From an uncultured Gammaproteobacteria bacterium (GTDB lineage: Bacteria; Patescibacteriota; Microgenomatia; PFEM01; JAPLYW01), in contig OZ246397.1 in NCBI GenBank assembly GCA_965230945.1, positions 374,284 through 438,283 of the forward strand: a stretch of 64,000 bases of DNA, read 5' to 3'. Shown one piece after another: positions 1-9,326 of the stretch. The notes under the pieces are model-generated. The model saw nothing but the letters and a program-made list of their open reading frames with translations. It was not told where the DNA came from and made no database searches. How positions within the stretch are numbered: position 1 is the first letter of the stretch; each line of letters begins with the position of its first letter. The position numbers and the translations under genes are program-made.

Positions 1-461
1 AGCTCCCCATGGATGTCGCTAAGTTAATTGCTGGCAATATCACCTCCACTAGAAAGCTAGAGGGATTTTTGGTGAGATTAATCACCGAATCGGAAACTAA
101 AAAAGAACCGATTACACCAGATTTTGTCAAGGCAATCTTAGGCCAAACTAATGAAGTTACCACTCCCCAGAGAGTAGTTAAGCCTAAAGAAGCCTTAAGG
201 GCTGTTGCTTTTCATTTTAATCTTAAAGTCTCCGACCTATCAGGCCCTAAAAGAGATAAGGTCATTGTCCTCCCTCGACAAATTTCCATGTATCTCATGC
301 GGACTGATTTAAAAATACCCTTAATGGAGATTGGCCGTTTTTTAGGGGATAGAGATCATACTACAGTTATGCACGGTGTGGAAAAAATTACCAGACTCCT
401 ATCTAAGTCTGAAGATTTACGTGTTAATGTTATGGGGATAAGAAAAAAACTTTATGGATAA
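1..461 (+). CDS. dnaA: Chromosomal replication initiator DnaA, C-terminal part (truncated by window start)
   Basis: Domain IV motifs RQISMYL and GDRDHTTVMHG; lies upstream of DnaA boxes and dnaN. Confidence 0.96.
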   Translation, partial: LPMDVAKLIAGNITSTRKLEGFLVRLITESETKKEPITPDFVKAILGQTNEVTTPQRVVKPKEALRAVAFHFNLKVSDLSGPKRDKVIVLPRQISMYLMRTDLKIPLMEIGRFLGDRDHTTVMHGVEKITRLLSKSEDLRVNVMGIRKKLYG

Positions 462-688
462 CTATTCTTAGTTTTACACTTATCCACAAAAAAATCATTT
501 CTATCAACAAGGTTTTAAACAAGAATAAATCCCAAAACTTAGCTTTTAAGAAAGATGACTATACACTTATCCACAAACCTACTAATACTACTATTAATAA
601 ATAAAAAACGATCTAGTAAAAAATTAACCATTGATGACTTAAGAAATATTTTATAAAATAATAACAACTGCCTCTTAAATTTAATATT
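462..688. promoter_or_regulatory. Replication origin oriC
   Basis: dnaA-dnaN intergenic; perfect DnaA boxes TTATCCACA at 480-488 and 567-575; trinucleotide run TACTAATACTACTATTAATAA (~580-600) resembling DnaA-trios, then an AT-rich tract. Confidence 0.85.
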
Positions 689-1813
689 ATGGAATTTTCA
701 ATTCTTCAAGAAAATCTAAGTAAGGGATTAAATATTGTCAATCGCTTTATCACTTCTAAAGCTCAACTTCCTATTTTAAATAATATTTTAATTAAAACTG
801 ATCAAGGAAGAATAAAACTTTCAGCTACTAATTTAGAAATAGGAATTAATTTTTGGTTAGGAGCTAAAGTTTTAAAAGAAGGGGAAATTTGTGTTCCAGC
901 TCGTATTTTAACAGAATATATTACCTCTTTGCCACCACAAAAGATTAACTTAAAAGCCAATAAGAATTTACTAGATATTACCTCTAATTCTTTTCAGGCT
1001 AATTTTGTTAGTTTGCCTTCTTCAGAATTTCCTATTATTCCTACTTTAAAAAAGAAACCAGAAATTTTATTAAATTTAAAAGACTTATCTCAAGCCATTT
1101 TGCAAGTGGCTTTTGCCTCTACTCAAGATGAAGGAAGGCCAGCTTTAACCGGGGTTTTAATCCAAGCTAAAAAGGACGGTTTAATTTTAGTAGCCACTGA
1201 TGGTTATCGCTTAAGTGTTAAAAAAATAAAAGGAATTAAGGGTTTGGAGAAAATAAGTAGACAAAAAGAAATTCTCATTCCCTCAAGAGCCTTGAATGAA
1301 GTAGGGAAGATTATTAGTGAGGAAGAAGATGGTAGTGATTTAGGGATGAGTCTTTCTAAAGAAAATAATCAAGTTATTTTTTCAACCCCTAATGTAGAGG
1401 TAATTTCTCGCTTAATTGAGGGCAAGTTTCCTGATTTTGAAAGAATTATTCCAGAAAGAAGCACCACTAAAATTACGGTAGATACTGAAAGTTTATTTCA
1501 GGCAGTGAGATCAGCAGCTATCTTGGCTAGAGAATCAGCCAATATTATTAGATTTGAAATTAACAGCTCAGAGCTAGAAATTATTTCTAATAGCCCGCAG
1601 GTTGGTGAGAATAAAATTAAACTGGAGGTTAAAACAGAAGGAAAGGGAGGAGAGATTGCTTTTAACTCAAGATATCTCTTAGACTTTTTAAATAGTATTA
1701 ATTCTGATTTGGTTAGTTTTGAAATGACGACTTCTTTAAACCCTGGAGTTTTTAAACCAGCCGATGATAAATCCTATCTTCATATCATTATGCCAATTAG
1801 GGTTCAGGAGTAA
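689..1813 (+). CDS. dnaN: DNA polymerase III beta sliding clamp
   Basis: SATNLEIG, VATDGYRLS, IAFNSRYLLD and C-terminal IMPIR motifs; position after dnaA. Confidence 0.97.
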   Translation: MEFSILQENLSKGLNIVNRFITSKAQLPILNNILIKTDQGRIKLSATNLEIGINFWLGAKVLKEGEICVPARILTEYITSLPPQKINLKANKNLLDITSNSFQANFVSLPSSEFPIIPTLKKKPEILLNLKDLSQAILQVAFASTQDEGRPALTGVLIQAKKDGLILVATDGYRLSVKKIKGIKGLEKISRQKEILIPSRALNEVGKIISEEEDGSDLGMSLSKENNQVIFSTPNVEVISRLIEGKFPDFERIIPERSTTKITVDTESLFQAVRSAAILARESANIIRFEINSSELEIISNSPQVGENKIKLEVKTEGKGGEIAFNSRYLLDFLNSINSDLVSFEMTTSLNPGVFKPADDKSYLHIIMPIRVQE

Positions 1814-2854
1814 TTAGGGAGTTAAGAGATATTCATCTTTAATGGCCGGAAGATATAAGCCAGCTTCTACGGCTTCCCCATCTTTAAGTTGGGCCGTACC
1901 AGTAATTAGAAAAACAGGCTGAAGATAAGTTTGCAAAGGGCTGTATTTATAATAAATAAGCTCTATATTTTCAAAACTTAAACTTCTTAGATTTTCAACA
2001 GCCTCTATTAAAATTAGATACTCATCAGAATATTTATCTTGCCTTTTAAGATAGCTTATTTTTGGATTTGCTTGAAGAGAACTGATAACTTCTTCTTTAC
2101 TTTTAAGTGGATAAGCATCGCCGGTCTTTATTTCTTCAAAGATTTTATTATAGTCAAAGCGGGCAGTTTTAAAATCAGAACCGATATAGAAACTAATATA
2201 ATTTAAGCCAGGTCCTTTAATCTTTTTGCCGTTTAATTTGTAAATAAATTTAATGTAAGTCAAGGTTGTTTCTTTGTCTTCTTGTTTTGATGGCATAAAA
2301 TAACTTCCTACTACCTTAACATAGTATTTTTCTTCTACCTGAAGATTGATTTTTTTCGGAATTAAAAACCCCCTCTTATTTAGAAACTCTTCCCCTTGAA
2401 TTTCTACTTCTTTAATTAAAGGAGGAGAACCACTAATAAGTTCAGGATGAGTTAAAAGGTTTAGGCCGTAACCAACAATACCTTCCTTAAGATAAATAGA
2501 TAAATTATTAAATTCTGTAGCCCAACTGTAAATAAAATTAGTGACGTTAGGTTTTTCTGTAAAACCAAAATCTAAAGCAATTTTTATAGCCTGTTGATCT
2601 GAGATTGAAGAGATACCAACTTCATAAACATTAATTTTTTTTTCAAAAGCAGGAAAGTTTTTTTGAAAGTCTTTAATATTAGGAGAAAAAGAGATAGAAA
2701 CTGTTTCTATCTCTGGAGAGCCAAGAGAAAGAAGTTGTTCTTGGGTTTCTTCTGTTTTTTTATTAATAAAAAAGATTGTTGCAAAAATAGTAGCGATGGT
2801 AGCGAGTAGAATAAATAACCAGTATTTAAAAATAAATTTTTTAATCTTTTTCAT
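1814..2854 (-). CDS. Membrane-anchored extracytoplasmic hypothetical protein
   Basis: 346-aa ORF with N-terminal hydrophobic helix; last gene of the minus-strand T4SS-like operon. Confidence 0.7.
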   Translation of the reverse strand: MKKIKKFIFKYWLFILLATIATIFATIFFINKKTEETQEQLLSLGSPEIETVSISFSPNIKDFQKNFPAFEKKINVYEVGISSISDQQAIKIALDFGFTEKPNVTNFIYSWATEFNNLSIYLKEGIVGYGLNLLTHPELISGSPPLIKEVEIQGEEFLNKRGFLIPKKINLQVEEKYYVKVVGSYFMPSKQEDKETTLTYIKFIYKLNGKKIKGPGLNYISFYIGSDFKTARFDYNKIFEEIKTGDAYPLKSKEEVISSLQANPKISYLKRQDKYSDEYLILIEAVENLRSLSFENIELIYYKYSPLQTYLQPVFLITGTAQLKDGEAVEAGLYLPAIKDEYLLTP

Positions 2855-2859
2855 CTTTA

Positions 2860-5559
2860 CTATATATTACCACAGTAATAATCACATCCATACGGTACTG
2901 ATTTAGGGATGTTAGGTGGTGCCATCTTGATTTTCCGGTCTACAGATTTAAATTCATAATGAAGATGAGGCCCAGTACTATTGCCTGTATTGTCTGATAG
3001 AGCAATAAGACTTCCTTTATAAATAAATTGACCTATCGTTACTAAGATTTTTTGTAAATGGGCATAGTAGGAGGAGAAGTTAATACCATTACATTTTCCT
3101 GAAATAGATACAGAGATTCCTCCTCCACCATACTTTCCTATCGATTGCACAAAACCTTCATGGGTGGCGAAGATAGCAGTGCCATTATTAATGACAATAT
3201 CAATTGCTTCTTGGCCTGTATGACTAAATTCTCCATCAGGACCCTGGCTGATTCTGGCGCCTGAAGCATTAGCTGGCCAACCAGAAGGACAATCTCCTGG
3301 TGGCTTCCCAATAATAATTATGGCATTAGCTATACCTTTATGTATTCCTGTCTCTAGCCCTTCTGTTCCTTCTACTTCAGTATTAAGGGTGACGGTGTTG
3401 ATGATGGCGCTGTCTTTGAAATAGGAGTCGAAGGTTTTAATACAGGTTAAAGTTTCGGAGGAGCTTATTTTTTCTGGTAAATTGCCAAAATCACATGGAT
3501 TTACTGGGGAGGGGATTCCTTTTTGGGCTACTGTAAATTCTTCTGTTAGTTTAGGGCGAATTAAGACAAAATTGCCTTTTGGTTTAATGGTGATGGTGTA
3601 GGTGACTATAGCCGGCAGTTGATCATTTTCAAATTTGTTACTAGAAACGCTTTTGGTAAGTTCAAAAAATTCAGATTCATAAGGAGAAATTACTTCTTGT
3701 TCAGCTACCCCAATCGTTCCTGGAAGAATAAAAGCACCACTGACAACCATGACAATAAATAAGGTTAAGGCAGCTAAACTGGCAAAGATGATGATGATAA
3801 AAGAAGCCACAGCCGCTGTTACCGGAAGGGTGGTAATACTGGTGAAAAAAGCTCCAACGCCACTACTAATGGCGGTCATGGTGGTTGGCACGGCTACAAA
3901 ACTAACTAAACCACCAATACCAATACCTAGAGGAATAATACCGACAAGGGCAAAAGGCATAGGAGCGATAACTAGTACTAGAGATCCAGCTAGGACAGCC
4001 AAAAAAGCTTTTTGAGGATCACGGAAAACTTTTTGAATAAGACTGACTGCCTTTTTACCTAATTCTATAAGAACGGTTGCGGCTACAACTACCCAACCAG
4101 GGGGTCCTGTAGCCGCCCCAGCCGCAACGACACCAATCTTAATCCCCAGCTTAATAGCCAGCTTGGTACCGATCTTTTTAAGGCCTAATTTCAGAGATTT
4201 ACCAAAGGCAGTTTTACCTAACCACCGGGCTGTTTTTTGGAAAACACCTTTCTTAATGAAACCCGTTAATGATTGATATTTGCCTTTTGTTAAAAATTTA
4301 ATTGCTCTTTGAGAAATATTGCTGATGGAACGAAATCTGTCTAAGCCTGACTTTAGGTAGTAAGAGTAGCTACGTTCTTCCGCCCATAGGGATTTTTTTT
4401 GAAGAGGAAGAATAATGTTTAATGGTGGGTAGTAAACCCCTTTTTGATTGGTAAGGTCTTCGTACTGATAATAATTTCTAATAATTTTAAAAAGAGAAGG
4501 AGAAGTTTCTTCTAATTCTTTAAATTCAAAAATCCTTGCTTGAAGATGATTAATGACGGGGTGTTTTTCAGATAACCCCATTTCCTTTAGGGTTTCAAGG
4601 GTAATTTGCAAATCTTCAGGCAAGAGGCCCTTATTAATTAATTCTCGGTATTTGGGATTTATTTCTGAAATAGCTTCTTTTAAAGCGGCCACGCGGAATG
4701 AATAAAAAGCTTTCTTAACTAAAGCGGCGCTAGCTTTGGGCTGGAATAAAACAAAAGCGGGGTTAAGATTTAATTTTTCTCTTCCTAGTTGCTCTTTGAT
4801 TTTAAGAACAATTTCTTTAGGAAGAGGAGGAAGCTCTCCAGATCTAGTTGCCTCTTTTTTAATTCTCTTTAACTTTTCTCTGATGGCGGCTGATTCTCTA
4901 GGGATAACCGCTATTTGTTGGGCTTCTTTATATGTTAAAGCAGGAATTTCTTGAACTAAACTACTTGAAATAATTTCTTCTTTTTCAGCCCCTAAATTCT
5001 TAATTACTTGCCTAATTTCTGGCTCAAAGTCTTTAATAATTTTTTGGTATTCAACTTCATGAAGAAGAGTTTTTGTGGCCGTTTGAGGAAGACGATCAAC
5101 TATTTTTAAGGTTAAATTTTGACTGGCTAATGCTAATAGGGTTGGGTTTTCTGATAAGTTTGGTTTGGCTTTGATTAGCTGTTGTTTTATTTTTTCAAGA
5201 AATTGTTTTTGGATTTTTTCAATTTGTTCGTTTAAACCAGGATATGTAAACTTTACTTCTTTTTGATAACGATTATCTAGATATTTTTGATAATCTGCTT
5301 TTAAGATTTCATAAGGAGGTAGGTTGGGGGCGGGTAACTCTGGTGGTCTTGAGAGGATTTCATAAATTTTTTCTTGAATAAGGATAAGGAATTTGGGGTT
5401 ATCAGGGCTAAGTCCTAAACCGAGGGATTGTTCTAAATTAATAACCTCACTATAAGCTTTTTCTCTACTGATTATTCTTTCAAGTGGCCATTCTTTAAGT
5501 TGAAGAGCATAAGCTAAGATTTGCAGATTTTGATATCGTTTGCGTTCTTCTGAGGTCAT
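2860..5559 (-). CDS. Large membrane protein with C-terminal M23 metallopeptidase domain
   Basis: HTGQEAID, YAHL and STGPHLHYE zinc motifs; several TM helices in the middle. Confidence 0.85.
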   Translation of the reverse strand: MTSEERKRYQNLQILAYALQLKEWPLERIISREKAYSEVINLEQSLGLGLSPDNPKFLILIQEKIYEILSRPPELPAPNLPPYEILKADYQKYLDNRYQKEVKFTYPGLNEQIEKIQKQFLEKIKQQLIKAKPNLSENPTLLALASQNLTLKIVDRLPQTATKTLLHEVEYQKIIKDFEPEIRQVIKNLGAEKEEIISSSLVQEIPALTYKEAQQIAVIPRESAAIREKLKRIKKEATRSGELPPLPKEIVLKIKEQLGREKLNLNPAFVLFQPKASAALVKKAFYSFRVAALKEAISEINPKYRELINKGLLPEDLQITLETLKEMGLSEKHPVINHLQARIFEFKELEETSPSLFKIIRNYYQYEDLTNQKGVYYPPLNIILPLQKKSLWAEERSYSYYLKSGLDRFRSISNISQRAIKFLTKGKYQSLTGFIKKGVFQKTARWLGKTAFGKSLKLGLKKIGTKLAIKLGIKIGVVAAGAATGPPGWVVVAATVLIELGKKAVSLIQKVFRDPQKAFLAVLAGSLVLVIAPMPFALVGIIPLGIGIGGLVSFVAVPTTMTAISSGVGAFFTSITTLPVTAAVASFIIIIFASLAALTLFIVMVVSGAFILPGTIGVAEQEVISPYESEFFELTKSVSSNKFENDQLPAIVTYTITIKPKGNFVLIRPKLTEEFTVAQKGIPSPVNPCDFGNLPEKISSSETLTCIKTFDSYFKDSAIINTVTLNTEVEGTEGLETGIHKGIANAIIIIGKPPGDCPSGWPANASGARISQGPDGEFSHTGQEAIDIVINNGTAIFATHEGFVQSIGKYGGGGISVSISGKCNGINFSSYYAHLQKILVTIGQFIYKGSLIALSDNTGNSTGPHLHYEFKSVDRKIKMAPPNIPKSVPYGCDYYCGNI

Positions 5560-7388
5560 GGAGTCTTTTTATCTTCAAATTGTTTTCTTAGGTTTTCTTT
5601 TATAGCTTGTTGCTGAAGAAGTTCTGATGGTTTGGTGGTGATAAACTTATGCTCTTCAGGTGAGGCAACGACTCTGATGGCCACATGATTAGCGCCGGCG
5701 AAGAAAAGACCTTCGCCTATATCAGCCGAAAGCAAAAGTTGTTTTTCTCCTTCAGATAAGTAGAAAGTCTGGGCGACTTTATCAATGGCCGCTGGCGATT
5801 GTTTCATAAGTATTTGGATAGAGGAGTTGGTAATGATGGCTTTGCCAAAATCGCTTATAAAAAAGTCTTCTACATCTTGGGTGATGGTAGTTAAACCTAG
5901 ATAATATTTTCTGGCTCGTTTGGCAATGGAGTAAAGGAAGTTGGCCGAATCTGGATATTTCATTAAATACCAAGCTTCATCAACAACCAAGATTCTTTTT
6001 TTCATTTCTTTTCTAATTCTGGTCCAGATATAATCTAGAACAATAAACATGGCAATGGGGCGCAAGGCTTCCTCTAAATCTCTTAAAGAAAAGACGGTAA
6101 AGGGGTTTTTAATATTGATGTTGGAATGCTGATCAAAAATACCAACAAAAGAGCCTTTAACAAACTTTTCGATGCGATCGGCTAAAGAACGGGCTTCAGG
6201 GCTCTCCATGCCGATTAAGGCTTTGTAAAGATCTTCCATAAGGGGTGGTTCTTTTTTTTGAGTATCCGGATCATTAGTGATTCCCTTCATTTTGTAGGTT
6301 AAAACTAAGGCTCGATCAAGGGTCGCTTCTTCAGAGGAAGAAAGTTGGCCCATGATAACCTTGCAAAGAGAATGTAGGGAAAGAATCTTTCTTCCCAGCT
6401 CATTTTCTCCTTCTTCATAAACATTAACTAAATCAAAGGGGTTGATTTTAGCCTGACTTCTGAAGCCAAAAGTAATGTATTCTCCACCCACGGCTTCAGC
6501 TAAGGCTTTGTATTCTGCTTCTGGATCGATAACAATGATTTCTGTGCCAAACATAAGAGAGCGTAGGGTTTCTAATTTGACTAGGTAAGACTTTCCCGCG
6601 CCAGATTTGGCAAAAATAACGGAGTTGGCATTTTCTAAACTGAAACGGTCAAAGATAATTAAAGAATCGTTGTGCTCATTAATGCCATATAAAACGCCTT
6701 CATTGGCGGTTAGTTCAGAGGAAGTGAAGGGAAAAGTAGTTGCCAATGAAGTGGTGTCCATGTTACGGGTGATCATGAGCTTATCTACACAGGTAGGAAT
6801 GGTGGTTTTAAAACCGTCTTCCATCTGCAGGGTGGCTTGTTTGGCGACGATTAAAAGAGAGCCTAAGGTAGAGATGATTTCTTTAGTAACTTTGTTTAAT
6901 TCTTCTAAAGATTTAGCGGGAATGGTGATGTAGAGTCCAAATTGAAAAAATCGTTCCGCTCCTCTTACAAGCTGTTCTTGTAAAGACTGAGCATCTTCTA
7001 ATTTAGCCTGGGTACTGGGGTTAATAATTCTGCCTCTTTCTAAATCAGTTTGGATTTCGGCTTCCATCTCGGCGATTTTGCGTCTTAGATTATCCAAAAC
7101 ACTTTTGCCTTCCACGGGGTAGATATACATGGCAATCTGCATAGAGTGGTCAAAATTGATTAAGGGAGCCAGCCAGTTAGCGGAGACAAAGCGAGGATAA
7201 CCCGCCACAAACAAGGTTCTAAAATAGCGGTTGCCAATCTTTAAATGATTAAAGTCAACTTCAATAGCTGGCGGGGCAATGATATCTTGAACATCAACCA
7301 TGCCTTGACCCAGCTGTTTGCTTGGTCCTTGAACTTGAGGTTCTTTTGCTTCTGCTTTTTTACTCTTTTTTAGAAACGGTAGTTCCAT
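5556..7388 (-). CDS. VirB4/TraC-like type IV secretion ATPase
   Basis: Walker A AKSGAGKS, IIVIDPEAEY, Walker B LVVDEAW, RARKY, TITQDVED. Confidence 0.92.
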   Translation of the reverse strand: MELPFLKKSKKAEAKEPQVQGPSKQLGQGMVDVQDIIAPPAIEVDFNHLKIGNRYFRTLFVAGYPRFVSANWLAPLINFDHSMQIAMYIYPVEGKSVLDNLRRKIAEMEAEIQTDLERGRIINPSTQAKLEDAQSLQEQLVRGAERFFQFGLYITIPAKSLEELNKVTKEIISTLGSLLIVAKQATLQMEDGFKTTIPTCVDKLMITRNMDTTSLATTFPFTSSELTANEGVLYGINEHNDSLIIFDRFSLENANSVIFAKSGAGKSYLVKLETLRSLMFGTEIIVIDPEAEYKALAEAVGGEYITFGFRSQAKINPFDLVNVYEEGENELGRKILSLHSLCKVIMGQLSSSEEATLDRALVLTYKMKGITNDPDTQKKEPPLMEDLYKALIGMESPEARSLADRIEKFVKGSFVGIFDQHSNINIKNPFTVFSLRDLEEALRPIAMFIVLDYIWTRIRKEMKKRILVVDEAWYLMKYPDSANFLYSIAKRARKYYLGLTTITQDVEDFFISDFGKAIITNSSIQILMKQSPAAIDKVAQTFYLSEGEKQLLLSADIGEGLFFAGANHVAIRVVASPEEHKFITTKPSELLQQQAIKENLRKQFEDKKTP

Positions 7389-8181
7389 TTTTAATTAAAT
7401 CACTAATTTGGTTTTGAATATTGTTTTCTTTATTGGTTTTTGTTTTTTCTTTTTCTTCTAGAGGCTGGTTTTGAAGAGCAGCTTTGACCATCGGTGTTTG
7501 ATATTGAGAAGCTTCGGCCATTTGCTGGCCAGCTGATTCAGGATTATAAATGTCGTAAAAAAGACGAATTAATTCATGGTTATCAAGCTGATGGGCTTGA
7601 AGACCCAACCGCGAAAGCTGTCGCAAGAGATGGTCTCTTTTGGGGTAAAGGTTTATTTTGGCCTGCTGGATAATATACCCCTTATCTAAAGCTGGAGCTT
7701 GGCCTTGTTTTTTAAAGGGTAAATTAGACAAAGCAGAAGGAAGGGTAGTTTTTATGTTTTTAGCCAGCCCCATTTCTAAAGCTTCCATGGGAATGATGAT
7801 ATGGAATTTCTTATCCAAAACGTTGTTTTTTTGGACAGTTTCTTGGATAAATTCCTTGTATTTGGTAATTTGTTGTTTAATGAGTTGTCTTTTTTCTTTG
7901 GCTTCCCTTTCCGCTAGTAAAGCTAAATAAGAAGTAACATCTTTCCTGGTAGAGCGGATAAAAATCTGGATGGGGAAGGTTAAAGAATTTAATAAAGCAG
8001 CATAAGCATAAATGGTGGCTTCTTGCTCTTTTTCTGAAAGCAAACCGAAGTTAATGGCGGTGGTGCCGATAACAAGACAAGAAGAACCGTTTTTACGAAT
8101 GATAATCCCTTCTTGAATATCTTCTATTTCAAGATGATCTTGGGTTGAGGCCCTAATAGCCATTTTTATAGGATCAGCCAT
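7360..8181 (-). CDS. T4SS-associated protein (TraC/VirB4 N-terminal-like)
   Basis: INFGLLSEKEQEA..YAALLNSLTFPIQI motif typical of the gene between prgI and virB4 in such loci. Confidence 0.7.
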   Translation of the reverse strand: MADPIKMAIRASTQDHLEIEDIQEGIIIRKNGSSCLVIGTTAINFGLLSEKEQEATIYAYAALLNSLTFPIQIFIRSTRKDVTSYLALLAEREAKEKRQLIKQQITKYKEFIQETVQKNNVLDKKFHIIIPMEALEMGLAKNIKTTLPSALSNLPFKKQGQAPALDKGYIIQQAKINLYPKRDHLLRQLSRLGLQAHQLDNHELIRLFYDIYNPESAGQQMAEASQYQTPMVKAALQNQPLEEKEKTKTNKENNIQNQISDLIKNGTTVSKKE

Positions 8182-9178
8182 GTGATTGATCGGCCAGACC
8201 AGGATTAACTGGTGTGGCCACCCTTTCTTTAGCTCTAATTTCTATTGGCTGTATAATTTCGCCTTTAGTTTCAATTTTAATTAAATCAAACAAATAACCT
8301 TCTTTTTCAATTTCAATTTCATATTCTCCATTTTGCAGGGGGGTGGCAATCATAAACTGGCCAACTTTATTGGTTTTTAAGGCCCTGACAGGTAGGCCCT
8401 GAGCATCTCTGATTTCTAGGATAGCTCCTTCCATGATTTTACCTTCATGGTCTAAGGCCATACCGCTGATGATATTAGGCCTGGTAGGTGCTTCAGGGAT
8501 AGGCAGCTCTTTATTGATTTTGGCTTCTACAGCTGTTTTTTTAGGTCGGCCTGGTTTTTGTGGTAGAACCACAGGCGGTGGTATTATTTTTCGAAGGTCA
8601 ATTTTAGGTTCAGGCGGCATGGGTCTTGCCGTTGGAGAAGGAGTCATTGGTGGTGGACCAAGACCTGGTTCGGCTTGGGGTTGAACAGCTGCTATCGGGG
8701 TTGATTGGAAAAGATGATCAACTTCTTTTAGGAAACTTTCTTCTTGCTGATCAAGGGGATTTTTTTCTTCGCTATAAGGTAAGCTAGCTAGATATTGATT
8801 GAGCTCTCCTTTATCGCCTTGAAGAGAAGTTGGCTGTGCTTGAGGCATACTTGGATGATAGGGTAAGGGCTTAAAGACGTTTGGTTTTTTAACCTTCTTT
8901 TTCCAAATAAACTGGGTAGGAGAAAAGACGGCTTTAAAAAAAGATAGTAGCCAAGTGCTTAAAGGTCGTTCATTAATAGGCAAAAAGGCAAAGGCAAAGC
9001 CTAAAAAGCCAAAAAGAATAACCAACGGCCACTTAAATAAAGACGGTATCGGCAAGGCATAGGTAATAATGGCCAAAACCCCACCGGTAGCTAATTGGAA
9101 AAACTGCTTAAGAGTCATATCGCCGACAAGACGGAATTCGTATGAAGCGATATGTTGTGGGACAGGATGTTGTTCCAT
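8174..9178 (-). CDS. PrgI-family membrane protein with Pro-rich linker and C-terminal beta-sandwich domain
   Basis: MEQHPVPQ..YEFRLVGDMTLKQF N-terminus, two TM helices, ERPL motif. Confidence 0.8.
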   Translation of the reverse strand: MEQHPVPQHIASYEFRLVGDMTLKQFFQLATGGVLAIITYALPIPSLFKWPLVILFGFLGFAFAFLPINERPLSTWLLSFFKAVFSPTQFIWKKKVKKPNVFKPLPYHPSMPQAQPTSLQGDKGELNQYLASLPYSEEKNPLDQQEESFLKEVDHLFQSTPIAAVQPQAEPGLGPPPMTPSPTARPMPPEPKIDLRKIIPPPVVLPQKPGRPKKTAVEAKINKELPIPEAPTRPNIISGMALDHEGKIMEGAILEIRDAQGLPVRALKTNKVGQFMIATPLQNGEYEIEIEKEGYLFDLIKIETKGEIIQPIEIRAKERVATPVNPGLADQSHG

Positions 9179-9326
9179 AGGCAGGCTCCTTAACCTATTT
9201 TTAATGATAACTTTGTTATAGTAGTAAGTTCAACTACATAAAACATGATCAAATTAGAGACTAAAGAGAACAAATTTAAATTAATTAGGTGAAAGATTAA
9301 AAATTTGATATAATAACTTTGAGGAA

